Shown here: positions 1 through 8,300 of the stretch, one piece after another
How positions within the stretch are numbered: position 1 is the first letter of the stretch
How the letters are laid out: every line of letters starts with the position of its first letter
Notes under the pieces: generated by a model
Database searches by the model: none
What the model saw: only the letters and a program-made list of their open reading frames with translations
Told to the model about the DNA's origin: nothing
Assembly (NCBI GenBank): GCA_030765235.1
Contig: JAVCCW010000001.1
Coordinates: 35,172-99,171, forward strand
Direction of reading: 5' to 3'
Length of the DNA stretch: 64,000 nucleotides
From: Candidatus Gorgyraea atricola
GTDB taxonomy: Bacteria; Omnitrophota; Gorgyraeia; Gorgyraeales; Gorgyraeaceae
Translations under genes and position numbers: made by a program

Positions 1-4
1 ATTT

Positions 5-796
5 TTATTTCCATATCAAATCTTTTGCATCAAACACAGGGCCATCCTTACACACTAACTCACACCCTTGTCCCTTGTCCCTTGTCCCTTGTCCCTTTAC
101 TTTAACGGCGCAACCCAAACACACCCCAACCCCGCACGCCATTGTCTCCTCCAATGAAACTTCACACATTAGTTCTTTCTTTCTGCATATAGCAGTAATA
201 CTTTTAAGCATTGGCTTAGGTCCGCAAGCATACACCCTTGTCTCTTGTCCCATGTCCCTTGTCCCTAATAACTCTGGCACAAATCCCTTGTGGCCGCAGC
301 TTCCATCATCAGTAGCGATATGGACCTCTGCGCTCAGATCTTTAAAATCCTTTTCGCACAATATTAAATTTTTAGTCCTAGCGCCAATTAATACAGTAGT
401 TTTTATTTTTTTCTTTGCCAATTCTTCAGCGAGAAAAACAAGCGGTGCCACTCCTATGCCCCCGCAGACTAAAATAGCTGATAGCTGAGAGCTGACAGCT
501 GAAGGCAATCCAAAACCATTGCCCAAAGGTCCTAAAACATCAATATGTTCTCCTGGTTTTCTCTCAGATAAAACCTCTGTGCCCTTACCTATTACTTCAT
601 ATAAAATCTCTAGATCTTTAGCCCGGTGAATGCTAAAAGGTCTTCTGAGTAATGGATCCAGCCCATCACTGCACCGTATCTGCACAAATTGGCCTGGCTT
701 TGCAGTCTTTGCAATATAAGGCGCATCAAGCGTCATCTTGTAATAGCTGTCACTTATCTTCTTATTCGATAAAATTTTAGCCTTTATGTCTTTCAT
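5..796 (-). CDS. pyrK: Dihydroorotate dehydrogenase electron transfer subunit
   Basis: RRPFSI FAD motif, GGIGVAP, CGPKPM, and the CGVGVCLGC..C 2Fe-2S motif; pyr operon context. Confidence 0.93.
   Translation of the reverse strand: MKDIKAKILSNKKISDSYYKMTLDAPYIAKTAKPGQFVQIRCSDGLDPLLRRPFSIHRAKDLEILYEVIGKGTEVLSERKPGEHIDVLGPLGNGFGLPSAVSSQLSAILVCGGIGVAPLVFLAEELAKKKIKTTVLIGARTKNLILCEKDFKDLSAEVHIATDDGSCGHKGFVPELLGTRDMGQETRVYACGPKPMLKSITAICRKKELMCEVSLEETMACGVGVCLGCAVKVKGQGTRDKGQGCELVCKDGPVFDAKDLIWK
65..97. repeat. Heptamer tandem repeat (CCCTTGT)x4.7 inside pyrK
   Basis: Read directly; encodes KGQGTRDKGQG. Confidence 0.9.
235..266. repeat. Degenerate CCCTTGT heptamer repeat inside pyrK
   Basis: cccttgt ctcttgt cccatgt cccttgt; encodes GTRDMGQETR. 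Confidence 0.8.
474..501. repeat. Heptamer repeat (ANAGCTG)x4 inside pyrK
   Basis: atagctg atagctg agagctg acagctg; encodes SAVSSQLSA. Confidence 0.8.
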
Positions 797-797
797 G

Positions 798-2027
798 TCA
801 AAATAAATCCATTTGTTTCTCGGAATTATCCTCTTTCTTCAATATTTCTATCTTACCATATTCTCCGTCAAAACCTGGTAAGATATTTACGTTGCCGTTT
901 CTTACATTTATGATAGCCTTTGCTATTTTTTTCGGGAGCTTAGTTAAGAGTTCATCTTTTCTTACTTCTGTAAGTACTTCAAATTCCGTACCCACTCTCG
1001 GGACTATTGCGCTATATTCTTTTTCAACAGCCTTTGAGCCATCACCCACGCCCAGCACATCTGAAATGATCTCAGAAAGTGGTATCATCCTCTTATATGG
1101 AACGCTTCCTTTAGGCACAAACCCTTCTGGCCTGTCTGCAAGCGTGTCTACTCTATTCATCACGCCTACTGTCAGTGACTTCCCGCACACAGGACAAGTA
1201 TTCTTGTTCTTTTTCGTTTCAGAAGGGCTAAATCTTACTTTGCAATTCCTATGGCCATCGTAATGATACTTGCCCTCTTCAGGAAAAAACTCCACTGTGT
1301 GCAAAAACTTCTTATTATCCTTTACCTTTAATGCGTCTGTTACAGATTTGTAGGACATCTCTACATCAAAGACATTTGCCTCTCTTCCGATCTTCCGAGG
1401 ACTGTGTGAATCAGAATTTGAAATAAGATTAAATCTATCGAGCTTACTCCATCTCCAGTTCATCCCAGGATCCGACGATAAACCAGTCTCGAGCGCATAG
1501 ATATCCTTGGTGTATTCCTCAAAACATTCCTCTATTGAATCAAATCCAGACTTTGAGCCGAATAAACTAAACCATGGCGTCCATATATGGCCAGGCACAA
1601 GAAACACGTCTTTACTGACTCCGAAAACAACCTCTGCCAGTTCTTTTGCGTCTATGCCTATAATAGGCCTGCCATCACTGGACAGATTCCCATAGCCAGA
1701 GAGTACATCATTTATTTTATCAACTACTTTAAAACTCGGCGCAAAAATAAGATTATGGATCTTACGAACCTTGTCATTTTTAGAATATATGCTCGATATC
1801 TCTGCGGTGAGTATAAAATTTACGCCATTATACTCAAAAAACCCATTGCCTGAATCCTTCAGGTGCTTTTTTAATTCCTCAAGCCAGAGATGGTGCGTAA
1901 AATCTCCCGTGCCCAGAAGAGATATGCCTTTGTACTTTGCCGTCTCAGAAAGTGTCTTTACCTCCATTTGCGGGCTTGTTGCGCGGCTATATTTAGAATG
2001 TATGTGAAAATCAGCTACGAATTTCAT
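798..2027 (-). CDS. Endonuclease Q family / PHP-domain protein (TIGR00375-like)
   Basis: ADFHIHSKYSRATS, GTGDFTH, ETGLSSDP, SNSDSHS, GKYHYDGHR and CPVCG motifs. Start placed at ATG 2027, which overlaps the pyrC stop (ATGA). Confidence 0.88.
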   Translation of the reverse strand: MKFVADFHIHSKYSRATSPQMEVKTLSETAKYKGISLLGTGDFTHHLWLEELKKHLKDSGNGFFEYNGVNFILTAEISSIYSKNDKVRKIHNLIFAPSFKVVDKINDVLSGYGNLSSDGRPIIGIDAKELAEVVFGVSKDVFLVPGHIWTPWFSLFGSKSGFDSIEECFEEYTKDIYALETGLSSDPGMNWRWSKLDRFNLISNSDSHSPRKIGREANVFDVEMSYKSVTDALKVKDNKKFLHTVEFFPEEGKYHYDGHRNCKVRFSPSETKKNKNTCPVCGKSLTVGVMNRVDTLADRPEGFVPKGSVPYKRMIPLSEIISDVLGVGDGSKAVEKEYSAIVPRVGTEFEVLTEVRKDELLTKLPKKIAKAIINVRNGNVNILPGFDGEYGKIEILKKEDNSEKQMDLF

Positions 2028-3289
2028 ACTACCTTTCCCTTGCAAATCGTGTATTCAACTATGCCTTTTAATTTTCTTCCTAAAAATGCGGAATTCTTTG
2101 ACCTAGACAGAAAATGCTTTTTCTTGACCACCCATTCCTTTTCCGGAGAAACTATAATCACATCTGCTATAGCGCCAACACTCAATGTACCTTTGTCTAT
2201 ACGCAGAATCTTTGAAGGATTACTAGACATCTTCCTAACTAAATCGCTCCAGCTAAGTATCCCCGGAGAAATCAGCTCTTTTATCGCCACTGCAAGCTCT
2301 GTCTCTAAACCTATGCTCCCTAACGCTGCATATTCGAACTCAATATCTTTTTCATTCTCTGTATGAGGCGCGTGATCAGAAGCAATCGCATCTATAGCGC
2401 CATCCTTCAGTCCTTGTTTTATCGCGCTAACATCTTCTTTGGCCCTTAAAGGAGGATTGATCTTCATATTCGTATTGTAATCTATCAGATCATCTTCGCT
2501 CAGACTAAAATAATGAGGCGCAGTCTCTGCGCTCACCTTTATACCTTTTTTCTTTGCCTTTCTTATGATCTCTACTGACTCTTTGCAGCTTACATGCGCA
2601 ATGTGGACTGCTGCACCTGATTTTTCTGCCAGTTTAATATCCCGCTCTACCCTTTTATGCTCTGATTCGCCAGAGATTCCTCTCATGCCAAGCCTTGTAG
2701 CAATAAAACCGCGATTGATCATGCCTCTACCAGAAAGAGACTTATCCTCAGAGTGGCATACCACAAGCATTTTTTCTTTTTTCGAATCCTTAAGCGCCTT
2801 TAACATCAATTCACCATCGTCGACAGATAAACCATCATCTGAAATAGCAACTGCACCTGCTTTTTTTAAAGCGGCAATATCGCATAGCTTCTTGCCATTT
2901 CGACCCATTGTAATAGCGCCAGCAATAAGTACATTAACATTTGCGGTTTTATTTATTATATTCTTTAAGAGTTCTACATTCTCTGTACTATCTATTGCAG
3001 GCGTGGTATTAGGCATTGCAAGAACAGTTGTCACGCCTCCTTTAGCCGCGGCCTTTGTGCCGCTGGCAACAGTCTCTTTGTCCTCTCGGCCAGGTTCTCT
3101 TAAATGAACATGCATGTCTACGATTCCTGGCATAACTATCTTGCCCTTTGCGTCAATCGTTTTTTCTGCGTCTACCTTTATAGTATCTGCCACCCTGGAT
3201 ATCTTATCCCCGATTATAAGGACATCCATTACCTTTTCTATTTTATTAACTGGGTCTATCACTAGACCGCCCTTAATTAGTATTTTCAT
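2024..3289 (-). CDS. pyrC: Dihydroorotase
   Basis: DMHVHLREPG, MPNT, KINPPLR and ASDHAPH motifs. Confidence 0.95.
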   Translation of the reverse strand: MKILIKGGLVIDPVNKIEKVMDVLIIGDKISRVADTIKVDAEKTIDAKGKIVMPGIVDMHVHLREPGREDKETVASGTKAAAKGGVTTVLAMPNTTPAIDSTENVELLKNIINKTANVNVLIAGAITMGRNGKKLCDIAALKKAGAVAISDDGLSVDDGELMLKALKDSKKEKMLVVCHSEDKSLSGRGMINRGFIATRLGMRGISGESEHKRVERDIKLAEKSGAAVHIAHVSCKESVEIIRKAKKKGIKVSAETAPHYFSLSEDDLIDYNTNMKINPPLRAKEDVSAIKQGLKDGAIDAIASDHAPHTENEKDIEFEYAALGSIGLETELAVAIKELISPGILSWSDLVRKMSSNPSKILRIDKGTLSVGAIADVIIVSPEKEWVVKKKHFLSRSKNSAFLGRKLKGIVEYTICKGKVV

Positions 3290-4244
3290 TGCTTTTCTTC
3301 TCTCTTGCCTGTGAAAGCCAATATAGTACAGCCATTCTCACTGCTATACCATTAGTGACCTGCTCCAGAATTACAGAATTAAGACCATCTGCTACGTCGC
3401 TTGATATCTCGATACCTCTATTTATCGGGCCAGGGTGCATTACAATAATGTCCTTCTTGGCCTTTTTCAATCTCTCTTCTGTTATGCCAAATTTTTTAAA
3501 ATATTCTATTTGCTTTGGAAATACGCCCTCTTCATCGCGCTCAAACTGCATCCTCAATACATTTACAGCGTCGGCATTCGAAAGCGCCTCGTCTATATTA
3601 TCAGTGATGCCAACACCCATCTTTTCTATGCCAGGTGGTATCAATATCTTAGGCGCGCACACTGTGACCTTTGCGCCCAGCTTAGTAAGACCCCATATGT
3701 TTGAACGCGCTACGCGCGAATGCGCGATGTCCCCGACTATGCTGACTTTTAAACCTTCTATGCGGCCTGATTTCTTTTTCAGGGTAAATATATCCAAAAG
3801 ACCCTGTGTAGGATGTTCATGCCAGCCATCTCCTGCATTAACAACGCTTATATTCACATGTTTCGCGAGCATGGCTGCCGCGCCTGAGCAATTATGCCTC
3901 ACCACAATAATATCTGCCTTTAATGCCTCTATATTTTTGCCAGTATCGTTTAGTGTCTCGCCTTTTTTCACGCTCGATGTCTCAGTGGCAATATTTATTA
4001 CATCAGCTGAGAGCCTTTTGGCAGCGATCTCAAAGGATACCCTTGTCCTTGTAGAAGGTTCGTAGAATAGATTGACTACAGTCTTGCCTCGAAGCGCAGG
4101 GACCTTCTTAATAGGCCTATCCAGTATCTCTCTAAAAGAATCCGCAGTATCTAAAAGCAATTCTACATCTTCTTTTGAAAGATATTCCAGGCCCAGAAGA
4201 TCTTTGTGAGCCCAGTTTGGTTTTTTCTTAGTCTGCCTGGTCAT
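3273..4244 (-). CDS. pyrB: Aspartate carbamoyltransferase catalytic subunit
   Basis: FYEPSTRTRVSF, HPTQGLLD and MHPGPINRG motifs. Confidence 0.97.
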   Translation of the reverse strand: MTRQTKKKPNWAHKDLLGLEYLSKEDVELLLDTADSFREILDRPIKKVPALRGKTVVNLFYEPSTRTRVSFEIAAKRLSADVINIATETSSVKKGETLNDTGKNIEALKADIIVVRHNCSGAAAMLAKHVNISVVNAGDGWHEHPTQGLLDIFTLKKKSGRIEGLKVSIVGDIAHSRVARSNIWGLTKLGAKVTVCAPKILIPPGIEKMGVGITDNIDEALSNADAVNVLRMQFERDEEGVFPKQIEYFKKFGITEERLKKAKKDIIVMHPGPINRGIEISSDVADGLNSVILEQVTNGIAVRMAVLYWLSQAREKKSNENTN

Positions 4245-4257
4245 TTTTAATGAGCAC

Positions 4258-4292
4258 TTGACTTACGGAGTCCGTAGGACGACGTAAGTCAA
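4258..4292. repeat. Hairpin ttgacttacg...cgtaagtcaa between the GIY-YIG gene and pyrB
   Basis: 10-bp perfect arms with an inner gtcc/ggac stem. Confidence 0.75.
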
Positions 4293-4300
4293 TGTGCGAA

Positions 4301-4555
4301 TTAAACCCCACACCCAGCAATGTATTGCTTTAAAGATTCTTTCAGTCTACTCTTTAGAGCAGTCAATGCTTGAGCATGAAGTTTTAATTGTTTTTCTCTA
4401 TTCCGAGCATCGGTTTCTGATTTATAAGCTTCATAATATATAACTTCAGAAGGATATTTACTGCTGTGTTCTCTATATCGTCTCTCCAAATCATTCGTAT
4501 AGCCATAATAAAGTTCTTTTGTCCTCTTACTTTTCAAGACATATACAAAATACAT
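4301..4555 (-). CDS. Small GIY-YIG nuclease family protein
   Basis: MYFVYVLKS...LYYGYTNDLERR..EH...YYEAY...AR.REKQLK. Likely start is ATG 4555 rather than 4600. Confidence 0.88.
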   Translation of the reverse strand: MYFVYVLKSKRTKELYYGYTNDLERRYREHSSKYPSEVIYYEAYKSETDARNREKQLKLHAQALTALKSRLKESLKQYIAGCGV

Positions 4556-4570
4556 TGCTGGGTGTGGGGT
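4305..4570. mobile_element. Putative mini element: GIY-YIG gene enclosed by perfect 22-bp inverted repeats
   Basis: accccacacccagcaatgtatt (4305-4326) and its exact reverse complement (4549-4570). Mobility is inferred only. Confidence 0.55.
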
Positions 4571-4582
4571 CAATTCGGACAG

Positions 4583-4617
4583 ACAGCTTACGAAAATCAA
4601 TGATTTTCGTAAGCTGT
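4583..4617. repeat. Perfect palindrome with 17-bp arms overlapping the pyrR stop
   Basis: acagcttacgaaaatca-a-tgattttcgtaagctgt. Confidence 0.9.
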
Positions 4618-5166
4618 GTCCTCATTGACTTCTATAAAAACACTGTCTTCTTTATCTATCTCTTCCAAGTTTAACTGTACCAGTTCATTTTGCGATGTCG
4701 GCAGATTCTTGCCCACATAATCAGCCCTTATGGGAAGCTCCCTATGGCCCCTATCTACAAGAATCGCCAGCTGAATAGTCTTTGGCCTCCCAAAATCTAC
4801 AAGCGCGTCCAGGGCGCACCTGATGGTCCTGCCCGTATATAAAACATCATCGACTAGGATCACGGCCTTACCTTCTATATCAAAATCTATCTCTGTTTTG
4901 TGCATTATCGGCTGCTCAGATACCAGACTTAGATCATCCCTGTAAAGCGTTATATCGAGCGCTCCTACAGGTAAGGTAACGCCATCTATGCGATTGATCG
5001 CCTGAGCGATCCTCTCCGCAAGCGCGTACCCTCTTGTCCTAACACCAATGATCACAAGATCTTCTGAGCCTTTATTCCTCTCCAATATCTCATGGCTCAT
5101 CCTTGTAACCGCACGATCTATCTCTTCTTTTGTCAGAACATTTTTCCTTGCCAACCTAGCCTCCAA
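4597..5166 (-). CDS. pyrR: Pyrimidine operon regulator / uracil phosphoribosyltransferase
   Basis: [22 protein letters not shown] and [17 protein letters not shown] motifs. Confidence 0.96.
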   Translation of the reverse strand: MEARLARKNVLTKEEIDRAVTRMSHEILERNKGSEDLVIIGVRTRGYALAERIAQAINRIDGVTLPVGALDITLYRDDLSLVSEQPIMHKTEIDFDIEGKAVILVDDVLYTGRTIRCALDALVDFGRPKTIQLAILVDRGHRELPIRADYVGKNLPTSQNELVQLNLEEIDKEDSVFIEVNEDTAYENH

Positions 5167-5246
5167 AAAAAATACCTTCCCGCTACCTGCCCCGTTCGAT
5201 AATTACAACATCTTCATTATCGAACGGGGATTATAGCAAGAAGGTC
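5165..5246 (-). terminator. pyr attenuator terminator with a CCCCGTT..AACGGGG hairpin inserted in its loop
   Basis: Minus-strand stem accttcttgcta / tagcgggaaggt followed by atttttttt; inner 14-bp-arm palindrome at 5190-5229. Confidence 0.7.
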
Positions 5247-5282
5247 TATGATTTATGCCCTCTAAATTATTCATTTTCTCTT

Positions 5283-5315
5283 CCCTTTCCAGCCTCTCAG
5301 GGCTGATTTAAAGGT
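5283..5315 (-). promoter_or_regulatory. PyrR-binding RNA loop
   Basis: Minus strand cctttaaatcAGCCCTGAGAGGCTggaaagg resembles the ARUCCNGNGAGGYU consensus; lies upstream of pyrR. Confidence 0.85.
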
Positions 5316-5331
5316 GTTTATTATTAAACAT

Positions 5332-5360
5332 ATTATACTATTTTTGTATGCTCCTGTCAA
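5332..5360 (-). promoter_or_regulatory. Sigma70 promoter of the pyr operon
   Basis: TTGACA-17 nt-TATAAT, perfect consensus. Confidence 0.85.
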
Positions 5361-5379
5361 TCATTTTATCCGTTAAACT

Positions 5380-8300
5380 CTAGAGATCGCCCATCCGAAC
5401 TTTTATGGTTTTCAAGTTATCAACAAAATCTAAAACTAAATGAGTTCTATTATACCCCAGCAACTCTATTAGATCTTTGCGTTCAATCTTGAAGTGTTCT
5501 GCTGCTCCTGGTCCACCATAAAATCCCCAACGAATTATATTCTCTCCTAATAACCCATGGAAGATAATCTCTTTTCCTGTGTCAAGATTTTTTATCCTGT
5601 ACTTGCCTCGCAAAGATAACGTCGGCCTCTCATTAAATGCTGAGGCAATCCTGTCAGACTGCTCATGCGATATCTCAAAATTAAAATGAGTATATCTGTC
5701 ATAAAACCGTACTGGCTTTGCCAACATCCCCCCAGGACCAACCACCCTATCAAGAAGCGCTATCCCATTTACTAACACTCTCCCTAATTTCAAATGACTT
5801 AAGTTCTGCTCGTCTATCACTTCTATATTAGCCTTGATTAATTCTTCTTTGAGATCATCATTTTCACCTAAAAAATTCCGGTCCCTATCTCTGCCTGACC
5901 TTAGCCGCTCCTGAATCTGTTCAACTGTATCTCCGCCCAACATCAGTACCGTACTTATTGCCGTAGTGGTATTTCTCCCCAAAACAGTGAACTTATTCGA
6001 ATCTTTATTAAGCGCCACCAAGGCCGTACTCTCCTCTGCAAGATGTATCTCTTCGGGAAATTCTATCCAACGCGGTCTGCCCTCTTCATCTATAACAAAA
6101 TCCATATTACCTGCATGCAGTTTACATAGCTGTTGCCCCTCATAACTATCATCCTTAATCAACCCCCTTACAATAGTTGAGTTAGTAATAGGGTCTGACA
6201 TAACACCTGCATGAGGTTTGGCTACGACCAATTCTACGTTATCGTTCTTTTGATTATAAATCAGAAGTACATTATCATCCAAAGTAAGATATACTCCTTC
6301 CACAGCTTTCTTTAACACTCTTTTAGCGACCAAGTCCTCTATTTGATGTGATACACTTCGTTCTATGGCATTACTATCCTGCTCGACTTCCTCTGAGACC
6401 CAACCTAACTGCCTGCCTACTGAAATTTCATTGCTACCATTTAAGAAAACGAGGCTCCTGTTCTCAGCATCATACCTTAAAGGAACGACTTTCTGCTCAT
6501 AATCAAATGACCATTTTGTCCAAGCAACCTCCTCTATTTTACCTGTGTTCTTTGTACAGACATCAGGCTTATCTTTGTCTTCATATAGATCCTGCCCCTG
6601 ATAAATTTTTATATCAGGCAGACCTATTTTTTTACGGTCTGTATAAAGTCCTCTTAAACTATCATCTTCGTTAAGAAGCAATACATATACGCCATTTTTG
6701 TAAACTTTAGCCGCTATTTCTTTAAAACCTATATCTTCAGTAAGCTGCACCTTATTAATAGCTACTGGCTTATGCTCTGATTCCCATTTCTTAACATCTG
6801 CCTCGTATTCTGTTTCGTTGGCAAAGAATATATGCCGAAGTGCCTTTTCGAAAGGATAATCGAATTTCCAGCCAATACTTTGTATCTTAGAAGAATCGCC
6901 TATCATTGTCCCTGGGAATCCTGGCGTTGGCATCCGATAGGCAATATTTTTCTCCAAATCTCCCATGCTCAACGCCCTCATAATACTCGCTATCATTTCA
7001 TTTATACCCCAGACCTTCTTCAAACCCACATTAAATACCGCTGCTGAATTCTCTGGCGTTCCTTCCCATTTAGCATGTTTCAAAATATGCAAAATACCTT
7101 TGGCTAAATCTGAAACGAATATCACATCTCTGCCAAAATCCCCTGGCATTATAAATATAGGCACTGATTGATTATTCTCAATCGCCCATATTGTCTGGGC
7201 TACCATATTGGCATTCCTGCCTTTTTGGAGCTCCTGACGGCCTGCATTATATACACTAAAATTCCTGGAGGCGTAAACATCAGCTTCGTATTCATGATGA
7301 TAGTGCTTAGCCACTAACTCCATACTTAGCTTCATAAATTCATATGGGGTTATCCACTTTTTTTCTTCAAGATGATTATCTTTTATCTCAACAAATTTAT
7401 CGAGTATATCCAATGTCGGCACTTCGCTAACTAGCTCGCCTATCGGGAACAACTTACAAAACGAACTTGTTGAGGCAAATACCGTACGAATATCATACAT
7501 CACAGCAAGATCCATCACAGTCTTAAATTCATATAAGCTTGTTAGCACCTCCTGCGTAACACAATGAGGAAAACGACCAGCATAAAGGGCTAACTCGGGA
7601 GAAAAATCATTATATAAAATCCTCAACAACTCTCCAAATTCTGCTTTAGTATTTATTCTGGCATACATTACCTCTTCTGGGGTAATTTTATCTATTTTTC
7701 TTGACCCGCTTAATTCGTCCACCATTTTATTCCATTTTATTGCTATCTCTTCTGGACTGCCTGTCCAATTCAACCACTGTGGAAATCCCCTTGTAACAAA
7801 CTGCGGTTCTGAAGAATACCCTCCTAAATATACTATACCGTTTATTTTCTTATAATCTTCTGGCCGATACTGCCGGCAAAAGCTGCTACTATCCTGCCTT
7901 AACAGTTTTACTCCTGGGATATTGTCATTTGCTGGACTGCCTAAAAGCAGGTTATCTACAGTTACCACTTCTTCATCTTGATTGACCAGCTGAAGAGCTG
8001 CCTCATACCCTATCATGCCTGCTGCTCCTATAACAACCTTTGTTCCGGGCTTAATAGGTTCATTATCGTTCTTGAAAAGCACATGAACGCCGTTACCTAC
8101 AGGATTATTTACATCGCTTGGAAAACTTGCATATTTCTTTGGTCTATTATGACCAATCGCCTTCATTTTTTTTGCTGGAGTTAATAACGCTAACGTCTTC
8201 CCTTTCACCGTTACTCTATTTATAGACTCCTTTACTCTTAAACCTATTGCCGAAGCCTTCCTGACTAAAGGATCGCTGTCATTGCTCAAAGTATTGTTTA

